A DNA stretch of 64,000 nt from Veleropilina oligotropha (Eukaryota): contig JBEUKZ010000034.1 in assembly GCA_048128005.1 (NCBI GenBank), forward strand, positions 1-64,000. The letters are read 5' to 3'. The stretch's first letter is position 1, and every line of letters begins with the position of its first letter. Position numbers and translations under genes: made by a program. Below the pieces are notes generated by a model. It was given only the letters and a program-made list of their open reading frames with translations. It did not search any database and was not told the origin of the DNA. Of this stretch, positions 34,583-48,541 are shown piece after piece.

Positions 34583-36839
34583 CTCTTGTATAAACGTGTC
34601 AGAAGAAGACATCGAGAGTGCTATAAGAACCCTCCAACATGGAAAAGCATCAGGACCCGATGATATCAATGCAACTATTCTTATACGTCTCCGCCAAGTT
34701 CTATGTGCACCATTATGCAACCTATTTAATCTGTGTCTTAGTCGTGGGAAGTTTCCGTTAATTTGGAAAACTAGCTATTTTATCCCAATTTTCAAGAAAG
34801 GGGATGCACACGATCCGAGTAATTATCGCCCTATTTCACTACTCAGTCACTTGAGAAAATTGTTTGAGAAAGTAATACTTAAGCACCTACTTACGTATTT
34901 AAATTCAAATAATTTCATTTATCCCTATCAATCGGGTTTTTTGCCTGGCCACTGCACATCCTACCAAATGCTGGAGATCTACGACAAAATAATGTCAGAA
35001 TTAGATAAAGGGAACAGTGTGACTAGCATTTACTGTGATATATCCAAAGCCTTTGATAGGGTGTGGCACAGGGGTCTATTGGCTAAACTAACTGCATGTG
35101 GCATCACAGGCATAGTACATAGCTGGTTTTCCGATTATCTCTCTAACAGGTCGCAACGTGTCATTGTCAATAATGTACAGTCTGTACCATTACTAATTAA
35201 TGCTGGTGTTCCACAGGGGTCAGTTCTTGGCCCTATTCTATTTCTGTTGTATATCAATGATATAGCCAGCGAAATTGCTGGTGATACGAGGTTATTTGCG
35301 GACGATACCTCTATTTTGTATCCCCACTTAGCTGCAACCAATGTCGATGTTACAATCAATGATGACCTATCACGTCTATCTCTGTGGGCCAAACGCTGGT
35401 TGGTCAATTCCAATGCGTCAAAAACCAATTGCCTAATAACATCACGATCTAATAATATTTCCCTTCCAAATATTATGATGGATAACGAACCAGTAAATAT
35501 GGTATCCTCACACAAACATCTCGGGGTTATATTAAATAGCAATGGAACATGGTCAGACCATATTAATGACATGCTGACGAAATGTTCAAAACTTGTAGGA
35601 TTAATGAGATCGCTCAAATATAAATTAAATAGAAAAACGCTAAGAACAATTTATTTATTTTGTATACTTCCTCGACTTGAATACTGCTCTGGTGTCTGGG
35701 ACAACTGTAATCAACATGAAGTCGACAGAATTGAGAAAATTCAAAGCGAGGCCATCCGAATTATCACTGGCCTACCGCAGTTTTGCTCAATCGAGTCTCT
35801 TCGCAGTGAAATTTCTTTCAATGAACTCAGAACAAGACGAAAATATCAACGTTTATGTATATTCTATAAAATAATCAATAACCAGTGCCCAACTTATCTT
35901 CATATGCTACTACCACCTACCATTGGTCAACTATCCCAATATTTGACGAGAAATAGCGATACGTTTTCCATACCACGAACAAGAACAGAATCTTATAAGA
36001 GAACTTTCTTTCCAAAAACTGTAAGTGAATGGAACTCATTACCCATTCACATTCGTGAAGCGAGGTCTCTGCTTGCATTTAAGAGACTAATATCGATTAA
36101 TATTCCTTACCCTAAACACTTCGATTATGAACTGGATCGTAGCACTGCAATCTCGCATTGTAGAATTCGTAATAATTGCAGCAGTCTTAATGGTGACCTT
36201 TACAACAAACAAATAGTGGACAATCCGTCTTGTATGTGTGTGTATCCCATTGAAAACGCTGAACACTACTTTCTCAACTGTCCTCTTTACAACGATATAC
36301 GACCCACTTTACTAAATAATCTCGGAGAAAACTGTTCTATTAATGTGATTCTCTTTGGCAATTTAAATATTGATAGCAGCGAAAACTGCCTAATCTTCAA
36401 AACTGTTCAAACCTTTATCAAAGGAACAAAGAGATTTAAATAATTTCAAACACCAACTTATGCCATGATTCACTCTGATTTTTGTTTTTATATTTGTTTT
36501 AATCAATGTTTATAAAGTCATTGTAATAAACTAATGTTATTATTTTCGTGTATGCATACACACGTGAGTATGCAATAATATGCAAATGGTTAGTTTAGCT
36601 GTGTATTATCTGCGTATGGAGCGTGTGATTGCAATATTCACTCTTGCATTGTTAAATCTACAATGTATAATATGTCACTGCTAAAATGTACCTGACACAC
36701 GGCGAGACGATTCACATAGGCCTAGTCCTGTTATCAAATCGCCGCATTTATATTATGTTCCATATTGTCACATCATACCTGTCATATCATTGTATATCGT
36801 GATAATATGCTTGTATAAGAATGCAACACAAATAAAATA

Positions 36840-37300
36840 TTGTTAAACTTGAATCTCTGTACGGTACTGAATATCTCCAAATTGATAGTATATGTTAGCA
36901 CAAGGCTACCGTGCAAGAGAATATCAATACTAAATATATGTGATAATATGTTTCTAGTGCGTTGTCGAATATGATGATACATGGTGCATTCTAAGAGATA
37001 TCATCATCATAATGTTTTGCTGTTTCAACATGCCCACATAAACATAAATCAGTTGGGGACACATGGTTTCGAAATAGATCATAATTTAACGAGCTACAAC
37101 CGAGGCGCAGTCTTGTGTGATGAACTTGAGCTAGTCTGTCCCCCGATAAATAATATTGTTGGTGGAGTTTTTATTTAAATACGATTTCAGGGATTGGAGG
37201 GAGCAATTTGTCTTGATATTTTCGGGGAGAAGGTTCCACTCTCTTGCTGTTTTAGGAATGAAAGAGTTCAAATATAGATTTGTTTTCGACGATGGTATTT
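36840..37300 (-). mobile_element. 3' fragment of a CR1-like LINE, near-identical to 62830-63280
   Basis: Shared sequence, e.g. GAATCTCTGTACGGTACTGAATATCTCC. Confidence 0.8.
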
Positions 37301-38110
37301 CTATGTAATATGTGCGGTAAAGCTGTACGCTCAAATCAACAGGCGATACAATGTGATCAATGTGATCTATGGGTGCACAGAAAAAGTGACGGTATGGCGA
37401 TAAACGAGTTTCGTCGAATATCGGAACCAAGTGTGCCCTGGCTATGTCGAAAATGTACTCTGCCAGAAATAGATCCCGACACTCATGCCTCGCTGGCTGA
37501 GGAAATAATCACCCAGCGTAACACGAGCGTAATTAAAAACATCGGGATTAAAGGATTAAAAATAGCTCATTATAACATAAACAGTTTACTTGGTCATCTT
37601 TACCAAGTAAAAATAGCCATGGGGCTAACACCATTTGACGTACTGACTCTAACGGAGACAAAGTTAGACGACAAGATCATGGACAACGAGATCGAACTTC
37701 CTGGATACAAGATCATCTCAAGGAAAGACAGAACTTGTTAGGCCCTCGTGGTGGTCATTCAAGACAACTAACAGATATGTGTGGTGATTACAATTTCAAA
37801 CAATTGATAAATCAACCTACCAGAACTACGTTATATTCTCAAACACTTATTGATCATGTATATACTACTAGTGAGAAAATCACAGATAGTGGAGTAATAG
37901 ATGTAGGTATTAGTGATCATGACCTAGTTTATGGTGTACATAGCGGCCGAGTGCCCAAACCTCCACCTAAGACTATACATACAAGACAGTGGAAAAAGTT
38001 CATTGTAAAATCATTTTTGCAAGAGCTTGAGCTTTTTCCATGGTCTATTTTGGATGTCTTCGACACTGTAAATGATGCATGGAACGTCTTCCAGCAGGTA
38101 GTGTATCGAT
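37300..38110 (+). pseudogene. LINE fragment: PHD finger plus APE endonuclease (CR1/L2-like), internally deleted
   Basis: C..C...IQCDQCDLWVH...WLCRKC; YNINSL, TETKLD, TLIDH and SDH motifs. Confidence 0.75.
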
Positions 38111-38756
38111 CCCTAATCACGTGACGATAGTACTATTGTACGTGTAAGGGACAAGTAAACATATCGAGCACTGAGTGCGCGTCGTGGTCTTCAAATAGTT
38201 AAATCTGTTGTGACTAATGTTGCATACTTTATTACTCGGACCAATTATAAAACATATTTCAACTTGTGTTCATCGATTAAATATTTATACATTTTATTTA
38301 AAAGACAACTCGGATCAGTTAATTAAGATATTTCAGTATGCGTTAGGTAATCCAGAGCATATTTTATATTGAAAAGTATAGTTACAGAACAAAGGAATCA
38401 TCACAAGAAGCAACAATGTTACACGATACTTTGACTTTAATGAAAATTATTTTTGTATAGTACTGAACATAGAAATATTAAAGCAGCTATTGAAATTATA
38501 ATAAACAATATGATAATTCGACTAATTACATTAACAGTGTATATAATTATATATGCCGCAATTTATTCATATTCATATAAGATTCAATTAGTGGTAAGAA
38601 ATACAGCTTTAAATTTATTTTTATCTTTGAATTTGTTACCACTAATGTTTGTAATTTTGTCTATGTAGATATTTAAATTTGGTCATATAGATGTCGTTTA
38701 ACTTTAATCCATGATATCTTTTTAAAATTGGTCCGACATGTCTTTTAAAATTGATC

Positions 38757-38892
38757 CGATTTGTCTCGACGTTGATCCGACTTGTCTCTACGTTGTTCCG
38801 ACTTGTCTCTACGTTGTTCCGACTTGTCTCTACGTTGTTCCGACTTGTCTCTACGTTGTTCCGACTTGTCTCTACGTTGTTCCGACTTGTCT
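38757..38892. repeat. 21-bp tandem repeat (CCGACTTGTCTCTACGTTGTT), ~6 copies
   Basis: Seen directly. Confidence 0.9.
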
Positions 38893-40297
38893 TACATTCG
38901 AAGATCCACAACATGTGTTCTGAGCTAGTCGAGGGAATTGGTGCAGAAGTAGTTAGATTGAAATGTTCCAAACGACAATTGGAGTTCGTCAGGATTGTAT
39001 CATATTTCCATGTCCCTTCAACATATATTTGGAAGGAACCATGCAGGACCGACATACATCAGATTTTTTGACGCAATTAACCGGCAATAGTTTGGGTAAA
39101 AATGCCTAGTATTCAGTGAAAGTAAACTTGTGGCCTCTCCACTAGAAGCATTCTCAAAGACGAAGCCCGGTGGCGATTAAGGCGGGTGGACACCGTACAC
39201 TAGAAGGGGTGAAACATTTCAATGCGTGTGTGTAAAGCTGCAGGTCAACTAGTTAAGCTGAATAAATTATGGAATGCAAATGCCAATGATAATGCATTGT
39301 TTGAAATCGCTAACAATATCTACAGCGCTGTACGGATGCGAAACATGAACGCATAATAAGCAAATGGAAAAAGAGGATAGCAGCGTTCGAACTACATTGC
39401 TATCATAGGATTTTGGGTACTACATGGAAGCAGAAGAAAAGGGACGAATGTGGCCGTGAAGACGAGAGTTAAGAATCTGATCGAGAACACGAGACATTAT
39501 TGTAGGTAACAATACGATGGTTCGGTCGCATTACAGGGAAACCAAGAACTCTAGCCCATACGGTGATGTACGGAATGATGGAGGGTTCTGTAGGGGCAGA
39601 TGAAGTTCAAGGTCATCGTGGTGGAATGTGTGAGCGATGTGGTGGATTGGGATCTGTGGAAATGGTGGGTGTCGACATCAACGTGCCCCAACGGCCGAAA
39701 TGTTAAGAGCCAGCACCGTTATCCGTTATAATTGATTTCACATAGAATTGTCTAATTGTGCATTCACGACCTAAATAATCAATAAAGTAACCAATAATAA
39801 TAAAGTACCAAAAAAGAAAGATACCAAAATTTCTGTCCTTCAAACGCATAAATATGATCGTGATAGCATAATTGATAATATACAAAAGATCACGTTATTT
39901 ATAAAAGTTTTATTCCATAAAATATTTACACGTCTGCAATATTATCATATTCAATCAAATCTACAAATTACAAAAATGGTTAGAATTATGAATACGTAGG
40001 AGTCTGGGTGTCTTGGTGACGCGTTCATTGCTTTCAAGTTCACGCTGGCCTCGAATCGCGCCTTATGTTGCTGGATCTGAGTCCTGCTTGGGAAGGATTT
40101 CTTGTGACTGGAGCGGCTCCGGGGCCCCGGGAGAGAATAGTCTGAAAGAAAAGGAGCAGAGGTCAATATGTCGTCATGCATGAACTTACATATTATATAT
40201 AAGTATATATATACATTTTTCAATGCAACAGTAGAATTGTAGATATTATATATACGAAAGCATTTTCATGAAAGCCCATAATAATTGGATTGTACTG

Positions 40298-40535
40298 ACG
40301 CTCAATGTCCTGTATATTTATAACATTCGGGTTCAAGGCAGGATATGTCCATATTAGCGCGGGATGAAAGCCCGATCGCCGGGGAAACCCGGCCTCCCGG
40401 CCAGTTACGGACAACTGTGGTTGGTAAATGAACTAAGAATGACAATGTCCTCACCGAGATACGACCGCACTGTTAGTAGTCAGGTCAGTGATTTCAGAGT
40501 ACGCACTCGATACCACACGGTTACCGGAGCGGTTC
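40298..40535 (-). mobile_element. SINE copy (34319 family) in the last intron of the EGF-CFC gene
   Basis: Reverse complement of the SINE body (AATGTCCTGTATATTTATAACAT...GGTTCAAGGCAGG). Confidence 0.75.
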
Positions 40536-41284
40536 GTGCATTATAAAATAATGTATATGTGAATATGATCTTCAATAATATGAATATCATCACAATCTGA
40601 AATTTATTCACTTCACAGTTATTTATTCTACTGGAAAATCGACAAAGTTTATGTCTTGATTCAGTCAAGGTTATAAATGTTAGTTTAAACATGGAATATG
40701 GTTTAATAAATGTTATTGTCCATAAAAATAGTTTACCTTTGCATCCGAAGAATCGCGGGACGCACATGATGACCCCATCGGAGCAGCGGCAGAGATTGCA
40801 TTGCGCTTGGTACATGGATCCGTCGTCCAGAGACCCGCACCTGCGGCGATGGACCTTATGCTGGCAGTGTTTTCCGCGGAAATCCCTGTTAAATAAAAGC
40901 GAATTATTGTAGTACATGTTGATAACGGAACACATTATTTGTAATAATGTAAGCTGTAACAACAGGGCATTGTGAAAAGTTAAGCTGTAAATTATCACTT
41001 ATTTACTATTTTGCAATACTGTCACATCTGCATGGATTTCGACAAACATCAATGGTATCGCATGAAATGGCCGTATCCTTGGTAACGATAATGGCGGACA
41101 GATCAAACGATTTCAGTAACGAGCCCCGATTTCAACAATGATTTGTTTATTATAAAATTAGGGGCAATATAAATAAAAGACTATATAGTATATAATCGCA
41201 AATCATATATGCACATATATAGGCCCTACATAGGCACATACAATAGATATTTGTATTACTTACGTCGCACACGCACAGGATCCG

Positions 41285-44200
41285 TGTGACAATGCGGGGT
41301 AGATGATGTTACCAAGTTCGGACTTCAAGAACTGGTGGAACGCCCGTCACTGCGTCACAGTGTTAATGGGATAAATAAATCTGTAGTCTGCGATGGTCGG
41401 CATATGTTCGGAGCTCACATGAAGGGAGGTTAAAGGTCTTCATCATACGTGTCGTCTAGTGTCCTATAGAGTATAAACCGTATACTCTGCTCTAATTAAG
41501 TTTCTGTCTCACTACTCAGCCGACTGGTCATTCCAGCATTTATAATGGACCGTTGTGTTATCCATGCTGGAATGCGATGGTATAAGATAACATCCCCGTG
41601 ACAAGACGCTATCCACTGGAGTCGTTGAGTTATTATCTCGCTACTACTTTACAAGGCATTGATGGTTTCTGGACAATTCATTTATATATGTCCTCAACGT
41701 AGTACAAATAACATAGTATACAATTCTCTATGCTACACAAAATGAGCCCCGCCCGGATGTGCTTTCTAGCTTGGAGCTAGCGCGGGACTGCCGCTCTCCG
41801 GCAATAAACCGAATCCTTCTACCCTTGCCTCGACCAATAGGATCTCGTGCTTTAGATTCGTCTACTCAACTTGATCTACCCTCTACACATAACTTGCCCC
41901 ATATTACATCATAACTTGTCCAACGTGGCACTTCCAACGTGGCAACAGTAACGCGTGCAAAATGACTCAGCATCATTAATCTATTTCAGTTATATAAACA
42001 TGTCATACATGTCCACCCATGCCATCCTTATGTTACGTCAATCACTTTATGGCATGGGCTCTTCGGGCAATTAGTCACATTTAAAACAATACTAATTTAC
42101 CATTCTTAAAGTTAACTCGTTAAGTAATTAGACATCATATTGTAACAGTACCTCCCATACTTCGAAGAATATTAATCAAATTAAGATTCTCATTTAGTCA
42201 GTCAATATGATCGGCAATCAAAACATAGTTCAACAGTAAGAAAAACATGCACAATAAAATTAAGCATGCACAATATAACTCAACAATCAAAGGTAGTTCA
42301 AAACAATTAAGATCATCAAGTAATTCACAAAGAGTCTCTTTAACCCCATGTATCATCACATGGGTCACTAAATAAAGTGAATCGTGCACATTGCTCATTC
42401 CTCGCAAGGCACATCCATTCAGTCCTAATCACGTGCGATTAGCCGACGATCCAGACACACAGTTCGTAAATATGTCCAATCCTCATCGTCGCACCAATGA
42501 AACATGTTGTAGGTTTTCAGTCGTCGCACGCATATACTTTGATTTAATCGTGGCACAATGGATGACCTGGAAGAAAGATCAAAGCAGCAATATCTGTCCT
42601 CTAAATTATGTTCACACTTTAACTAAAGTGGTGCTCTCAATTAACACCAACACGATTTACAATTAGGCAATACTATGCCACTTTATGACATGATTACTTC
42701 ATGCCACTTAATACAATCATCATCAACATGGGTGTACATCATTTTGACAAGTTACATTGATCGTCAGTAACTTACACATCTTACTCTTTATTTTTCAAGG
42801 TTTTACCAAAACCACAGCTTCTCAATATCTCAATATATTCAAGTGTCCAGCCCTCTCGGCTAGAAAACATTTAACTTGTTTACTAGAACTGCTAGTCACC
42901 ATTGAGTATGTTAGGCATTATCAGCTATTATCTCCCGATGACGACACATTGCACATCATTGATTTAATTAATTGGTTTCGTGTGTCTTGTCTGCATTACA
43001 CCTGTTCTCTTTTCTACTAAGTTTATGGCCAACGAATATTTCTTCTCACAATGAACCGTAAGTTTAAACATTATACATCCAATTATGACAATCAATAGCA
43101 GGATTGTGAACGCCTTAATAGAACTCAATCGCTGTATGCCTTTCAATTCGGAAATAATGCTTTCTCTAAGGCATTCGATTCAATGTTAGTCACTTATTAG
43201 TACCAATAAACCCTCAAACAGATCTTACGAATTTCTCGAAAATACAAGACACTACCTATTGCAAATTTCTTCATCGCTCCGCCTATTGGTCATCATTATT
43301 AATTGACCATTTTTAGCACTCCTTGTTTTTATTTGGTGGACTTCTTATCCACATTGTCTCAATCACCTCTTTCATGATCACCTCTTTCAAGGGTCAGTTA
43401 TCAGTGGCGTGTTACAACCAATCATCCACGTGTTACTAACTCTTACTGAAGAATACTTTCGTTAGACTATTCAACATGTGACCATAAAAGTCATAAAGTG
43501 AAGCCAATAATCAAATTGATTACACAACCAGGAAGTGCATCCAGCCGACTGAACTGATCATGTCCAGCAAACCGAATCGCCGCGAAGCCCTGATTGACTC
43601 TTTAGTTCAAGCGTTAATAAATTAATCAAAATTTACCCACTCATGTTAGACAGACCTAACACTCTCTCTCTATCTCATCAGTAGATATCACCCTTTACGT
43701 CTGTCACCCCACTGTCACCACGACCCTCAGTGCACTTTTACTATTCAGGGGAATCACTCCACCCTGTCTCTATTAGTTGCATTAATGTCTGTACACCCAA
43801 TGACTGTTTTATTATTTGATTTCATTTACATTATTTCACCTCTCCCTCCGATTGGCATTCACAAGGTCCAATCAACCTTATCAGTTCTCCCTAAACCGGT
43901 TTCGAACTGAATTATGGTGCAAAGGATTTAATTCCCCCTTTCAAAAGCTGAAACAGCCCCCCGACATAACGTCGACACGTACCATGTACGTTTCTTATTA
44001 CATGTGCGTCCTCACATAACAATGTTCTTGGTCACGTCTTTAATTATCAACACTTGTCAAATGAAATCAAACAATTCTATGTTTTTATTACTTTTCCTGT
44101 AATATTTATTCTCTGCTGCTTCGTTATTTCTGTTTCTGACTCAATTAATCTGTAAAATATATTTTCCCAGTTATAAAATACTCTACTCTGGAGTTTGTTT

Positions 44201-45760
44201 ACAAAGGTCAACTGCGCTGATCCCTCGCTGCAAGGAGCCAAAATTTCGTAATCAATCTAGTCGCTGGCAGTTACAGTAATGCATATCTCAAGCATTTATC
44301 AAGCGACATACATTAAAACAGCCAATGCATAAATTGACACAATATCTCGCAGCATTTGTAGAAACTGATACACACTCGTTTTATACCACACTATGACTGT
44401 CTCAATAGTGCGTTACATGGCATACAATAAATCCATTATACAATGGAAACAATACATATTTCTGCTATTAATACAGTGTAGCTCTTCAATAATGGTAACT
44501 ATCTTATCCCTATACCGGTTCCAATATAAATAATATAATTCAAAGCATGCAAACACAATATTTATGTACAATACAACCATCTTCTTATTTATGGACTCTC
44601 ATTTTAATTCCTTTTACGCGATTGGTTTCTCAAAAGCGTTCACTTCCATATTATTACCTTTACTATATGAAACCTTACTTTCGGCCATTTCTATTACATT
44701 AAATTTATAATCAGGTGTAATTTACAAAATGCAGACTTATTATATGACACACTCACCCTATGTTATTGTTGATAACAGCTCCATTTCGATACGCCATCTC
44801 AATTGAACTCTGTCTTTTGGTATGCCGGTCTGCAACAACCACCACGATTTTTCCTCTGCTGTTTGTTGATATTCGTAGGTCAGCCAGATCACGTCGCCAA
44901 ATTAACAGCTTGGTTCATCCTGGTCACGCTCACCAAATTAACCACTGTGACAATGTGGGGTAGATGATGTTACCAAGTTCGGACTTCAAGAACTGGCGGA
45001 ACGCCCGTCACCGCGTCACAGTGTTAATGGGATAAATAAATCTGTAGTCTGCAATGGTCGGCATATGTTCGGAGCTCACATGAAGGGAGGTTAAAGGTCT
45101 TCATCATATGTGTCGTCTAGTGTTCTATAGAGTATAAACCGTATACTCTGCTCTAATTAAGTTTCTGTCTCTCTACTCAGCCGACTGGTCATTCCAGCAT
45201 TTATAATGGACCGTTGTGTTATCCATGCTGGAATGCGATGGAATAAGATAACATCCCCGTGACAAGACGCTATCCACTGGAGTCGTTGAGTTATTATCTC
45301 GCTACTACTTTACAAGGCATTGATGGTTTCTGGACAATTCATTTATATATGTCCTCAACATAGTACAAATAACATAGTATACAATTCTCTATGCTACACA
45401 AAATGAGCCCCGCCCGGACGTGCTTTCTAGCTTGGAGCTAGCGCAGGACTGCCGCTCTCCAGCAATAAACCGAACTCTTCTACCCTTGCCTCGACCAATA
45501 GGATCTCGTGCTTTGGATTCGTCTACTCAACTTGATCTACCCTCTACACATAACTTGCCCCATATTACATCATAACTTGTCCAACGTGGCACTTCCAACG
45601 TGGCAACAGTAACGCGTGCAAAATGACTCAGCATCATTAATCTATTTCAGTTATATAAACATGTCATACATGTCCACCCATGCCATCCTTATGTTACGTC
45701 AATCACTTTATGGCATGGGCTCTTCGGGCAATTAGTCACATTTAAAACAATACTAATTTA
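41285..45760 (-). mobile_element. Non-autonomous or decayed LTR retrotransposon. LTRs 41285-42147 (complete) and 44946-45760 (truncated)
   Basis: ~815-bp near-identical direct repeats; LTR ends TGTGACAAT...ATTGTAACA; minus-strand PPT-like GGGAGG next to 42148; PBS-like TGGTGAGCGTG at ~44935; no long ORF inside. Confidence 0.85.
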
Positions 45761-45797
45761 CTCTTGGGAAGAGCAAGTTCATGTAACAGGCGCCACT

Positions 45798-48517
45798 GTG
45801 GATGATATATCCATCCTCGAGAAGATACTGAAGCGGGCGATTATCTTGAGAGACATTGCAGGTGCCGACATCTACAACAGTGGGAAGTACCAGGGATGGC
45901 ATAGACCAGTAGAACTCATCTGCCACAACGGCCACGCATGGTCCAAAGAGCTGCACTTTCCGCAGTCTCGCGAGGTCCACCTGTATGAGGGCGATGTCTG
46001 GGAAGCTATCCGACAAGCCACACATAATGAGCCATTGGCTGTCTGGCTCCTTGGTGGTACGGACCGACAGCTCAGCGTGAACCAGTTCGTGCTGCAAGAC
46101 GGCCGCACGTACAGGACAAAAGATGATCACGAGAGACTCCAAGAAGCCTGTAAGGCTCTGGGAAATGAGTCTCTTGCCGATCGGGCCTTTGGCGAAAACC
46201 ATGCAGCTAGCATTATGGCCAGAGAGAACAACGGCTGGAAGCCTACCCCAGCCAGCCTGCTCGATGATATCCAGAAGGCCTGCGTAGAGCATGGTCACGG
46301 TGGCCTTTGGAATTCCATGGGCTATGACACGAGAGATGTCTGCTGCATCGATATGAAATCCTGCTACCCTGCAAGCTTTCAGGGGAAGGGCGAGGCCAAG
46401 CCATACTTCGAAAGATTCGGACACCCGACCCACAGCATGACTCGGGTCGCAATTAACGGTCCTCTTCCCCAAGAAATCGGTACTGGCTTTGCTGAGGTTG
46501 TGGAATGGGAGTTTGCACAAGAAATCCACCCCACTATTCCCGCCTGGTTCGGAAAGCACTTTGCAGAAATGAGTTGGGCACCGACCCCGCTGCTCGCCTT
46601 CCTCATAGACTCTGGACTGCTAAAAAGCCTCAAGATCCGAGAAGCCATCATCGCATTCAAAATGCAGACCGATGTCTGTCTTCCTCCGGATCGTGACCAG
46701 GGCTGCAGCATCATCGGCAAGTTCACCCAAGGCGCCAAGGCAGACGGAAAAAGACTGACACGAAGGCTTGTGATTGACCAGGGAGAACTGGACTTCCTGG
46801 TAAGAGACATCCGCCACAGCGGTACCCTGGTCGGCGCACCGCAAAGGTGCCCTATGGGGCACATCCTCACGTATTATGATGGCTCCCAGCCTCAGTACGC
46901 CCACCTGAGGGCCAGCATGTTGGCATATGCCCACATCAACCACCTCTCAATGCTTCAGCGTTTCACCCCCGAGGAAGCTGTCCGAGTGGCCACTGACAGC
47001 ATCTACCTCAAGAAGGCCTCGTTTGAGAAGCTCGACGATGTCAAGGCGTACGTTGCCCCCCAGCTCTGCGACTGTGGCGATAAATCGTGCATCTCCTGTC
47101 TGCTCGGGGAGACGTACCTTCCGCCAGTAGCACCGGCCCAGTGGCGTGACAAGGGCGAACAGCTGTATATGCCACAGGAACATGCTGCATACCTGCCCAA
47201 GCCGGAGTACACGCAGTCCGAGGAGGACCTCCCGCCAAGCACCGCGCCATGCTACAGTGACACGCTGACCCACCATCGCCTGAGTTACCTCAACGGTGGA
47301 GGGGGCTGTGGCAAGACTACGAGAGCGATCGAACTATTTCGGGCAAGGAATCCCATTGTATTCACGCCAACCCACCGCCTCGCTAAAGAGATGCGGACCA
47401 GGGGTGTCAAAGCCCAGACCTACCACAGCTTCTTCCGATGGAGTGGCCAGAACGACTGGACGCCCGACCGCATGGGTCAGAAGTTCATCCCCCGCGTCAT
47501 TATCTGGGACGAGGTCTGCACAGTTCCCCGGCCTATCCTCGAGATGTTCTTGGACTGGCTGGGCCAGCACGAAGTTCAGGTTATCTGCTGTGGGGACCAG
47601 GGCCAGCCACCACCGATTACGGGGAGATGCCGCACGATTGGCTGCGAAGGACCGCGGACTACAATGAAGAGATCGAAGTAGACTACAGGGCGAAAGACGA
47701 CCCTGCCCTCCAAGCCCTGAAAAGACGTATCCGCCTCCAGCCCGACAAAATCCAGTGCGGGGAAATGCGTAAGACTCTCCCCAGCTGCCTCGGATGGGAT
47801 CGGTTCGTCAACACCTGGAGGCCAGGCGACCTAATCCTCACCAGCCGTCAGAAGGTCCGCGAACGGGCTCAACAGCTGTTGCTCCAGAGGCACAAGGAGC
47901 ACTTCCCAGACTCCCTGGTACCTATCCTGTACCACCCCAGGGACACCCGTAAGCAAAACATCATGGTAACGATTCCGGGCACCGACGAAAGAGAGGAGCT
48001 AGTTCTCAACGACGTCGTAGAGGTCACCATTGACGCCGCTGAGAGGGCTATTCAGACCACGGATTGGCGCCTGGGCTATGCTCTCACCATCCATTCGAGC
48101 CAGGGTCTTACAATTCACGACCCGCAGAGGGTCTGGATCATCGATGACTACCTTCAGTGGAGTAATCTCGCCTACCTAGCCGTGTCCCGGGTGGAGCATC
48201 TGCATCAGCTCGAACGGGTAACCTGTCCTCCGGATGAGGGTGCTGAGGACAGGCCGCCCCAAACCGAGCAGCAGGTTCGAAAGACCATCCAGAAAAAGCT
48301 TGTGGCGTACAAACGCCAGGACCAGGCAAAGGGACTCCAGGGATTTAACCTCAAGGTCGATGACATCCTGCAGCTCAAAGAAGCCCTTGACAACCGCTGC
48401 GCAGCATGCAACATAGAGCTGCTCTGGGCCTACCAGCCCAAAGACACACAGCAGTTCAGTGTCGACCGTGTGGACAACAGCAGGGGCCACATCCGCGACA
48501 ACGTGTCTGGAATGTAA
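45798..48517 (+). pseudogene. PolB-like domain / SF1 (RecD/Pif1-like) helicase / HNH-like fusion; frameshift at ~47622; 5'-truncated
   Basis: IDMKSCYP, IIGKF, VATDSIY; GGGGCGKT, IWDEV, GDQGQ, YALTIHSSQGLT, YLAVSR; CAAC...SVDRVDNSRGH...N. Confidence 0.75.
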
Positions 48518-48541
48518 CCGAAAACGAGGGAGCAGCAGCTG

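Larger units (their letters stand above)
28928..36780 (+). mobile_element. CR1/L2-clade LINE; ORF2 (APE endonuclease + RT) in three in-frame pieces: 28929-29594, 33816-34318, 34595-36443
   Basis: EN motifs ETWL, RKDRNRHGGGVALY, GDLN and SDH; RT motifs NYRPISL, GVPQGSVLGP and LFADD. The frame is restored when the insertions are removed. The 3' end is approximate. Confidence 0.92.
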
